Under the pieces are notes generated by a model that was not told the origin of the DNA, did not search any database, and saw only the letters and a program-made list of their open reading frames with translations. This document shows, piece after piece, positions 53,605 through 64,000 of a stretch of 64,000 nt of DNA. Source of the stretch: Oopsacas minuta (taxonomy: Eukaryota > Animalia > Porifera); contig JAKMXF010000155.1 of the NCBI GenBank assembly GCA_024704765.1, positions 456,380 through 520,379 on the forward strand. Direction: 5' to 3'. The position numbers and the translations under genes were made by a program. Numbering within the stretch: position 1 is the first letter of the stretch; every line of letters begins with the position of its first letter.

Positions 53605-56600
53605 GTTCGTTTTATTTTATAGTACATACTGATATTATTCCATCGATATATTGCATACTTTGATTAGTGCTTTTTCTCTGGTTACTATCCAGTATACTAT
53701 CCTTTGATGTATTGGATCAAAAGTATCTAATACTTTATATATATATAGGTTCCTATCCCAGGCATAACTGAGTAGCTTTGGAGGAGCACGTGTCCACCCT
53801 TGGATATTATTTCCCACTCAGACTAATGAACCAATTGATATTTTTGCATGCCTCAATCCGCTTAATTCCTCTGTCTGTCATTGATACAACTATAATCTAC
53901 TCAATAATATTTATGAACATTTTAAACAGAGCTACAGTCGAACCCCTGAGATATGGGCCTAAGGATTCTAGCAGCTCCCTAATCCGTGTACCGTTTTCAA
54001 TACATTTTCGATTGGTTTACCTAATTTCCCATATTTGTGTTGTCTTTAGTTGTACTTCTTTTCTAAGACGTAGATTAATTACCACAAAACGTTCATTCTA
54101 GTTTCGCCATCGAATGCATTTCAATATTTTATAGTACTCCGGAACCTCTGTACTACGAACATCAACTGACTGGCAAAGTTTGTTCCCCTTTAACGGAGTT
54201 CTTGTTGACTGGAGTAATACTAATTGGATTTCACCTTATGGAACTATACTGAGTTTTGACCATCTTTATTTCAATAGAGAAAATGATCTAGATCAAATTC
54301 CGGTTATTTGGGCTTTGGCCCGAAATATATTCTGATATTCTTTGAATTAGTTAATTTTGCTATTATCCTTAATTAATGCTATGAATCAATCGTCCAAGTA
54401 TCTTTGTGCAGCGTGTGAGGCATTAGAAGATTGCATGATATCCCAAATCTGAGGTTGCGATTCTAAATATTCTGGAAAATTATGGCTATTGGAAGAATTC
54501 CTCTAACGCAGGTGGCGACTTAGCTACTCACGTGTAATTTACAATTGGAGCTGCTCACGCCGTAATTTTATCTAAATTTTCACTAGTTTATAGGGGATAT
54601 CTCATTTCCTCAAAATCCGGCAAGAAACCATTAGGACATTCCTAGCTGATACCAGAAGATCTTTTGAAATCATTATTAGATACTCGATATGGATGTGATG
54701 CGATGAACCACTATCCAATTATTTGAAAGTATTGGACATTAACGCAGAGGTGCGAACGGTTGACTCCAGTTCAAAGATCAGAAGAATATTTACAGTGACT
54801 ATCTCTAGAAATCTGAAGTTATATCCTCATGTTTTGTTTTGTTACAAAGATATTATCATCATACTATCGTTTCCTCTATAGCTAGAACATGCCCATGACA
54901 GTTTCCTTACCTCTATGTTATGCTTCACATATTATACTTCCTATTACACTTCGAATGAATTGTTATACTTTCATTGAAGGTCATCAACAAAATCTATGGA
55001 GATATTATTTTACGAAAACAAGGATTTTATCCTCACATATTTTCCCAAAATTTCAGATTCCTTGTCTGATATTAGCATTGATAATAATTATTATGACATC
55101 TGAAATACTTATAATTTGCATTAGATTGGTGTGATTTATTTGAATACCATGTTATAAAATATAGAATTGATGCATTGCTGGTTGGAAGTTACGTCTTCGA
55201 AGACAATGATCAAAGAAATCTAACTCGTATTCAATGATAATTACATCACTAGCTCTGTTTGAATTGGAAAATGAACAATAACGAGAATGTTGATGACTGT
55301 TGGTAGTGTTTATTTTGCTTGGTCATTATAGGGCTTGTTTAGTGTACTCCTGGTGGTGGGAACAATATCTGCACTAAATCAACTGATTTTTTTCCCTTCA
55401 TTCATGAGGGGAATTTAGAGACGTATATTTGCACCGAGCATCTTAGAAAAGTTACAATCTCGGCATCTGTTCCTCACGTGTCATTGTAATCTATCTGAAG
55501 CTTCTTCATATATTCGCCCAGGGTAATAATTTGTAACTTTGTCTCCAAATATCGGGAAAGCAAGCTTGCACCCAAGGCAACTTTGATACTTCTAATTCAG
55601 CACGAAGATTTAAATAATTCTTGCGACCCAGTCAAATGGAGGAGAAGGTGCGAAAAAGACAGTTATCATCCATATCAATTGGTTTTGTGCTAATGGTTCA
55701 TTCTTCCTCAACTCTTACCCACATTAGAATTTGCTTGAATTAGTGCAGTTTCATAAGTAAATCCGAGCTGTGTACACTTTGAATCACCTCATAGGGTTTT
55801 AGCGTTAAATATTGTGCTCCATTCCTTATTTAATCTTGAGAAAAGATTTTATAAGTGCATAGTACTTCCTCACAGAAAATTTGCGAATAATTTGGCCTCG
55901 AATTGCTCTACTATCCAGAGAAAATGTATATTATGCTAGGGACTTCTTTTAGTTACATCTAGTTATATTGAACCTCGTTAGTATGAATATTGTTTACCGG
56001 AATTTATGAATTAGATGAACAAATATAGACACCAATTCAGTTCCCTACAATTGTTATTCAATTTGTATTACTCCCTTATAGGATCACAGAATATAAGGGA
56101 CACATTCATGTCATCCCTTGTTGTTCGTATTTATGAGTTTCCACTTTAGTAATCCGTTGCCCCAAGAACATAATCAACATAGTCGATAGGATTAGGATAG
56201 AGTACTGTATTTAAACAAGATTAAGCTTCCTTTGTCCATTCTATTATTTGTTTCCAGATTTCTTCTCGCTATAGAATCCTAGGTAACAGAGAATTGAATT
56301 GCGACTAAATAGCTATAGCAATGTATAACATCTCTGTTGGGGTACAGTCCTCCATAACATAAGGTATGATAGAGTGTGACACCATAAGTATATATGTTTA
56401 CATTGAATATTTATTTTCAAAATTATACCTTTTGGCGGTTGAATATTTGAATATCTTTGGATTTTGATGGGCTCGACTTTCTATTTTTTTTCATCTTTAT
56501 GTTCTTCGTACGTGGTTAAAGCGGCAGTAGATATTTCATTCTATATTCAGGAATCAGTGGTAAGTATATCATTTTATATTTCAATTTTAAGTTCAATATT

Positions 56601-56835
56601 TCCCTCTGATCCATGGCAGGTATATTATCCTGATAAGTAGATGGGATGTCTATGTTGTTTGCCATTTATAATAGTGGCTCACTGTAATGGTGGACGGGTG
56701 AAACGGACCTTTGTAAATTGGTTTGTCTTAGTACCAGGCATTTTTCTTTTCTATGTAAAAACTAGAAACTATCCCCCTCCTCAAAGATAGACCTACAGTA
56801 TAGTATGGAGAAGTATACAAGTTAATTTTCTTATA

Positions 56836-57870
56836 CAGGGTATTTTTGAAAGTGTAACTTTTAAACTTTTCTGAACGTGAATTATTTCACAAATTTGAAG
56901 CTTTCAACTACTCTACTATCCTTCCTAATATATGTAATTTAATAATAAACCTGAACCATAAATAACTAATCAAGTTGATGTTCAAAGTGGCTACCTCCAT
57001 ACTTCACACAAGTTACCGCTCTTTTCATAAAATTTTCCACAACTTTGTGCAACATCTTTGAGTCCATATTACTCGCTGTATCTTCAATTACTTGTCTTAA
57101 TTCGTTTATGCTCTTGGGTTGCTTTTCAAACACCTTTTTGTTTGCATAGCTCCAGAAAAAGTAGTCGAGAGGGTTTAAATCAGGTGAATACGGTAACCAA
57201 ATTGTATCGGTTAAATTTGATAGAATACTTCCATGAAACTTTTCTCCAAAACTGTTTTGCATGTATGTGGTCTAGCACCATCTTGTTGAAACCACAATCT
57301 CTTACGTGTCGAAATATATCGAATTTGAGGCCAAAGCACTTCCTTGAGCATTTTAAGGTAAGACTCCCATTCACAGAAACTGTTTTTCCCTTTGCATCGA
57401 CAAACCAATGGACTTTGAGCATTTTCCATCCACAAAGCCTGCCTAACACATAATTTTCTCCCCATGAAACCTCTTAGAGGCCACAGAAATATTGGGATTG
57501 ATCGGAGCCCAAATCCTGTCGTTTTGTTGATTAGGAGATTGCTGGAGTACGAACTATTTCTCGTCACTGAATATTACTTTTTGGAAATTCTGGAGATTGT
57601 TGGATCACCCAAGAACAAAATTCCTTTCTTTTCAGCATGCTCTGTTCAGTTATATGATGAACTCTTTGAACACGGTAAGGCCTCCATTTTAATGTTCTTT
57701 TAAGAATACTGTGAACTTTGGAATAGCTGAACTCTAGTTTCCGGCTCGCATTTCGAATTGATCCTTGGTTTTCTTCAAAGTGAATTCTAACCTAATTGAC
57801 ATGTTCAGGGGGAAGAATCCTACCACCTTTTTCTTAGTTGACTTGAGAAAATTGTATACACTCTAGTGAA
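56836..57870 (-). mobile_element. 5'-truncated Tc1/mariner element, rosa (DD41D)-like
   Basis: One TA|CAGGGTATTTTTGAAAG terminus. Motifs VIFSDEK, WFQQDGARPH, YSPDLNPLDYFFW and GGSHFEHQL*. A small deletion between the second and third Asp prevents an exact count. Confidence 0.75.
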
Positions 57871-57941
57871 ATGAGTGAGTCTATACTTTAGGCGATTTCG
57901 TCCTTTGATAACAAAACGTTGACAAAATTTCCTTTTTACTA

Positions 57942-58350
57942 CAGTATGTCCCGAAAGTTTTTTCCTATTAGATAAATACCTATATAATTAGTGTTACGTG
58001 TCATAGGCGTTTAATTACTTTCCGATATAACCTCCTTTCAAATCTACTCATTTTCTCATTCTTGTGGCATCCCATCTATCAATTTTCGAAGTAAGTCCGG
58101 ATTGATATTAGACCACACTGTTTTGAGGTTTTTTCCAGCATTTCTAGATTTGTCGCTGATGGCATCTCTGACAAGCTCTGTTTAACAACAGCCCACAAAT
58201 TCTCAATCGGAGAAAGATCAGGCGAGTTGCCTGGCCATATTTCTTCCACTAGCAACCAACAAGATTCAATTGACACCATTCCTGGCTCAATTTCGATGTG
58301 TGAGCGGGGGCTCCATCTTGTTGAAAGATTAATTTTGACATGTTTTCACA
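57942..58350 (-). pseudogene. 3' fragment of a DD37E-type Tc1 element
   Basis: TA|CAGTATGTCCCGAAAG terminus; FQQDGAPAHT...WPGNSPDLSPIENLW. Confidence 0.75.
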
Positions 58351-61057
58351 AAATTTCCATACCATTAGAAAAATTTTTATAGGTCAACTCTGAGCACTAC
58401 TGTGTAAATCTTGATAATGACCAATATGGGCATGCTCAAGATTAACTCAGAATTCTAAATTCAATAATCGCTATGTTTTTAAATTTGTAAAAAAGAGCGA
58501 TAATTGAAATGAAAATTTCCAACAAGCCTAGAGCGATGAACAAAAATTGATGATGTTTTCATCACCAGTCTATCATATTGACTTTTTGGCTGTTATCACC
58601 ATACATTGATTACCATTCTCCAAAGCCCCTCAGGTAGCAGAGAATATGATAAAAATTGGTGAAGCGAATTTACACACCGCCGACGTATCATGCATTTTAA
58701 CAATTTTATTATGGACTTCAACTAATCCGAACAAAAACCTTAATCCTGAATTCAAAGACCCCCAAGTGATCATTTATCAGAACCGTAAAAATGGGAGACT
58801 TTTATCAACATATTGCAATTTTAACCAAAAAGATGACGTCATTTCGAATAGGGAATATTTGTATCACTTGACCTTTATGAATTATTATAAATCAATAATA
58901 TAATTATTCGTGCCCATGTACTAATTCGATATTATCGATAAGTTATCATAGTAGCGCGCTTCACTTGCTACGTCGCTGTGGGAGTGCTTAGTGTATCGGG
59001 TTAGCTTAGGAATTAAATAGCTAAATTTTTGAGGGTTTGGGTCCCTACGCGACCTGGTTTTATACTCGGCACTACTTGCCTCGAGGATAAATTTTTTCGG
59101 AAAATTACTTTATATTCTTCATTGTCCATCCAAATTCCATTTAAAGGCCTTTTGTGGTAATTTTGGAGCTGCTCCGTGGCTTTGATTTGTATTTTGGGCC
59201 CATTGTCCATCAGGTATTTTGAAATTCTCAAATTTTCCATATTTGGATAATTGTAATTTTGTACAGTCATGATGGCGTAATAATTCCAAAATTAGTTAGC
59301 TTATGGTCAGAATCATGATATCAGGACATTTGTCACATTGATGGGTACCTGTGATGCAAATTCAGAATGCTCTTATGTATATGGTTTTTGCAGTGCTTAA
59401 TAGCGCGATTTTTCAAACATCCAATAAGGTGACAAATATGCCATAGATTCGTCATAGTTGTGAATTTTCTTCCAAGACTCTAACTTGTCCGAGAACAGGC
59501 TTTGATACAGTATTCTGTAGGTTTTCTATACTACATTTGTCGATAATAAATATTTTGTAAAAGTTTCGAATATTTTTTGGTGAATTATGACAAAGTGTCC
59601 CAGCAGCCACTATTATTGCCTCATCCTGAATTTTATGCATTGATTTGAATAATGATGGAATTTGAAATTGTTTGCAATATATTAGGAGTGCGCTTCAATT
59701 TTTGGTACTAAATCTTAAAATAATCCCGCTCCTGGTCCCGCCTTCAAATTCCAATGCGCTTTTTAAATGCTCTTGTAGCAATTAATTGTTGCTAGCAACT
59801 TAACATATTCTGTATAATCCCAGGCTTTCACTGAAACTTACTCAATGCCTACTGCATGATCCATACCAACAGCTTTGCTTATCATACATGAACTCATAAA
59901 ATATAAGCTCTTTATTGCCCTTAGACTACTAGATATGTACCCTTGGTTATTTTCAAAGTGTTCTTCCTTCCATTCATTCCTTTAACTGTAATACCTTTGG
60001 TATTTACTTGAACTATATTAAGAATAATTATAGCTTCCACACTATTTATTCCTAGTGGGCTCAATTTTACTTATGCTGTTTATATACTGCTTCAGCCTGA
60101 GCAGATAGCACATTAGAATACCTGCAACAAACATTCCTTATGTCGATCCGACTTCTCATACTTTCATTCTTTTTTTGGTATGATATCTCTGATGAAAATG
60201 ATGCGAACATGATTGTATTCATCAATTCTTCATATAGTATTATAATTGGTCCATTTGTAAACATTTTTTGCAGGTTAAGCATTTCGATCGCTTCATTTCG
60301 ACATCGAAATAGTAGGCGAATATACTTAATGTGTGTTCTTAAGTCTCAACGTTTATTTTGTGCAGGATTTAAGTTTATCTCAACAATTTAAGAATTCCCT
60401 ATCAATCACTGAATATATCCCTGTCCAAATCCAATAATCAGCGCCTACCCTTCTGTATAGTGAATGGTATCAATATTTCATTATGATCATTCGATCAAAG
60501 ATCGTATGTTCCGCTTCTAGATCCCACGATCAGAAGAATATCGTGATCAGGATTTGGATCTCGGTCCTTTTACAATAGTTTCACATATTAATACTCTGAG
60601 ACTGACTGATTCTTGCACATTATCACAAAACCAAAACTCTGGGGAAAAAAAATATGTACTTATTTTGATTCAGCTCTCCATTACACTCTAGAGAATAGTT
60701 TCACATGTTTTTGGTTGATCTGTAAATTGTAAGAATATGTATGAAATTAACCTTTTCGAATCACTATGCTATACTTTGATTTAAATAACGATCCAATAAT
60801 TTTGACAACAAACTTGCCGAATTAGAGATGTGTGTTAAGTGTGAGATCTGGGGAATATTAGGATGAAACTCAACTGTAGAAATTCATACTGTAACTTACA
60901 TGCATAAGTCTCCCTTTGGTAAACATTTCGAAAATTTATGAGAGTAGTAAATCCATAATCAAGGTTATTGAAATCTTGATATTGGAGTTAGTACTTCCCA
61001 AATAAAAGAAAATAATGTACGTTACTATCCTTGAATAATAGACTTTCTATTGACATA

Positions 61058-62365
61058 CAAGGGCTGTTTATTAAGTATTGAGACTCATATACCGAATTCA
61101 TATTCTAGTTAATACAGCTCTAAGCATACTATCAGATTACAAGCCTAACTTGATTGTCTAACTTCGATACAATATACTCTTTACTCTACTAGCAATTCTT
61201 CAGTATAATGTTTCATTTGAATAGACTACTTTTTTCAACTCATGGATTTTAGCAAAGAAGGAAACGACAAATAATTTGGTACCTTGTGGAAAAGGAGAAG
61301 ATTGGCTCATACATTCTTCATGAAATGCAGGATATTTCGTTAATGAATGTACTTCGAAAGCCACCATATATAGATGGATCGAACGTTTTGATAATGGCGA
61401 TGAGGAACTCCACGATGACCCTCGTCCAGGTCGTCCGACTTCCTAAAAACCCGCAGTAATATCGAGAGGGTCGAAGCGCTTTTGGACGAGGACAGACGAA
61501 TAACCCTGCGAGGGTTAGAAGAAAGGGTAGGTATATCAAAAGCCACACTACACTCGATTATCACTGAAGATCTAGAAATGTCGAAGGTAACTGCGCGTTG
61601 GGTCCCAAAACTTCTTTCCAAAGAACAAAAAGGCGAAAGGGTCAGAGTTAGCAAAGAATTACGTTCAAGATACAAGAAAGAGGAAGACTTTTTAGATCGT
61701 TTAGTAACGGGGGATGAAACTTGGTTTCATTGTTATGGACCAGAGAGCAAAACTCAATCGAAGCAGGGAAGAGATGTGATGAACCTGTACCCATCAATGT
61801 ATAGGCCGTTAAATCAGCAGGGAAGAAAATGGCAACAGTATTTTTGGGATAGTGAATGAATTATACACCTCGACTGATTGCCTGTGAAGACCACTATAAA
61901 TAGTGATTATTAGGTTGACGAATTGAAAGAATTGCGTTAAGCGATTAACGTGAGAGGCGAAAAAAGTTGACACGTGGCGAATTGCTGCAACATGACAACG
62001 CAAGGCCCTATGTAAGCTCCAAGACAATGGCTGCTATTGACGACTTAGGATTCGAATGCCTCCCTCATCCCCCGTATAGTCCAGACCTGGCTCCCAGCTA
62101 CTACTGGCTGTTTGGAGAGATGAAGAGACCTTTTCGAGAGGTGAGATTTGAGGGTTTCAAACGGCTGGAGTATGAAATACAACAGTGGGAAAAAGGGACC
62201 CCAAAGAATTCTATACCACTGGGCTGGAAAAGTTACCTGAAGGATGGAAGGGATGTATAAAGTTAAAGGGGAGAATTTCTCGAAACATTTGATAATCAAT
62301 TATGATAAGTATAGGTTTACCATATGAAATATGAAAAGGTCTCATTATTTATTGAACAACCCTTG
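61058..62365 (+). mobile_element. Mariner (DD34D-type) element, full length, decayed
   Basis: TA-flanked imperfect TIRs CAAGGG(C/T)TGTT..T.A.TA.TGAGAC. Transposase from ATG 61242 with WVPKLL, VTGDETW, HDNARP and HPPYSPDLAPS; several frameshifts and stops. Confidence 0.9.
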
Positions 62366-64000
62366 TAGAAACAGCAGAGGAAGAAACAAAAAACTTGTAT
62401 ATAGTAATACTAAGTACGGTTTTGTGTATTAGTTTTCTATCATCAAGGAGGCCATGTTTTGGATAATGAAAGTCATTCTTTTGAATGAAGCCATGAGGGC
62501 ATGATGTTTTGTATTATTCCCAAAAACTGTATTATCGCTAAGCTATGTATGAGGAATCATATATCGAAAACACAAATGAGTGGTAGGACAACAGGACTAC
62601 GCCTGAATCTCCTTGATTAATATATTTACGTAGTCCAGGGCCTCAAATAAACCGGGTTGTGATAGAGATTAACAGGTGTGTGGTTTGTTGTTATCCTAGA
62701 AGCGAGACTGTATTTACACTAACTATGCCCTTCAAGAATTTCAAATATGCATACAATAGAACACAACCAATTCCTTTTGTATCAAACTTGAATACAGTTG
62801 ACGCATGATATAGCCGTCGCGGTCTGGTTTTTAAGGCACTTGTGGTGCTGTTAGTTTTGGTACTGCTATGTTAAGTGAGATTTTAACCGGACCAGTTTCT
62901 TAGGGCTATTACTGCCTAACTGGATCACTTCAAACTCCGTTGCTCCAGGGTTGATATAATAGCAACCGTTATGGATACATGCAAGTTATATGAACATCAT
63001 ATAAAGACATTGGAACCCATTTTTAGCAAACAAAATCAAACCTTGGAGGTTACCATACGAAATTGCTGCTACTCCTATGTAAGTTTCATATGAATACAGT
63101 CTCTACCTCAAAGCCTTGGGAGTCCAGAGACTTCAGAACCACCAAGGCACCCAAACTTGGCGCCTATGTTAATATAAGTAGACTTCGCTTAATAGGATCA
63201 CATTGGTACCATTCCATTTTTCCCCGATTAATCGGAATAAAGGTGTTGGCTCGATTAACCGGAGTTTTTTAATACTATTTATATGGTTCTATTTCTATCC
63301 AAGTGACCAGGTTAAACGGTGGCTCTATTAAGCTAGTCTCCTGTAGTTCCAGACGATGTTCTTATAACCAAAATATATTTATCGCTCATATTAAAGTAAA
63401 AATTTCCTACAAAGCCTTCAGTCGAGACTATTACTCACAATCAATGATTTTGTTGTACTTTGAGGAGATGGTGGACATGGAGAAGCGATTTACACTAATG
63501 CGAGATTGATGGATCGATTACTCACTAGAATAACTCACGGATATTGTGTGAATTATTTTTCCTTTACAAATAATGCCCCTAATAGAATCGCGAACCCAGG
63601 GCCAACAGAAAGTGAACTCACAACCTCTTTGTATGAATTGAACTTGAGTTCAATATACAGGAGTAACAGCTGAAGCTCTCGTGGAACTCAATAATGAACA
63701 TAAAAATTCTTTATGCGCCGTACTCAGCATAAAACGTGTCAAAATATAATTAACTTTTGTTATAGGAATTGACTATTACAAATTTAACACGCGTTCCAAT
63801 GAGACGGAAATATTTTAAATAGAAAGAAAGGCAGTTACATTTTGAAATATTGATTGCACTCGAAGTCATGAAACTATTTGGTTCCATTGAAGGAGGGTCG
63901 AAACGAAAGTATCATTCTAAAATGTCAAGCTAATATTACAATCTTTGAAATATAGGGCATAAGTTAGATACCATATTCCTCAAATAGTAAGTATCCCTCC

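Noticed and set aside
59013-59270. MDNGPK...GRVGTQTLKN, reminiscent of an LTR integrase core
   Set aside because: Similarity is weak and there is no LTR, RT or other supporting context.
62920-63078. Open frame ending at a GTAAGT donor-like site
   Set aside because: The peptide does not resemble WNK subdomain VIII and no clear acceptor was found.
63470-63620. tRNA/SINE-like B-box similarity
   Set aside because: No cloverleaf, A-box, tail or TSD could be established.
53605-64000. Next WNK exon (GTPEFMAPE...)
   Set aside because: Not found. gaacccctgag at 53940 lacks an acceptor, hits a stop, and belongs to a MITE-like end.
1-64000. CRISPR arrays, operons and prokaryotic regulatory sites; the many short antisense ORFs over transposases
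   Set aside because: The DNA is spliceosomal-intron-containing eukaryotic sequence with no repeat-spacer arrays; the antisense ORFs are shadows of transposase frames.

Overview
AT-rich eukaryotic DNA, probably from an invertebrate animal (the organism cannot be determined from the sequence alone). The only recognisable host gene is a WNK-family Ser/Thr kinase on the + strand. Two of its kinase-domain exons are visible (27272-27438 and 53387-53604). They splice in frame across a 25,948-bp GT-AG intron; the flanking exons were not found in the window. Almost everything else is a DNA-transposon graveyard: at least nine Tc1/mariner copies (DD37D maT-like, DD37E, DD34D mariner, a rosa-like copy), several hAT elements and fragments, a Chapaev element (4-bp TSD), a Chapaev3 element (TAA TSD), an Academ-like derivative, a possible Transib remnant, and two nested insertions. 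No transposase ORF is intact. The most striking structures are non-coding long-inverted-repeat elements: a 917-bp foldback with twin internal hairpins (48892-49808), a 2.3-kb element with ~360-bp arms and a 9-bp TSD (44789-47081), and an old ~790-bp palindrome (416-1208). There is also an unidentified ~230-codon pseudogenic reading frame (28350-29032, minus strand). Superfamily names rest on remembered motifs plus TIR/TSD geometry, not database searches. I found no clear evidence of a wholly new multi-gene system.
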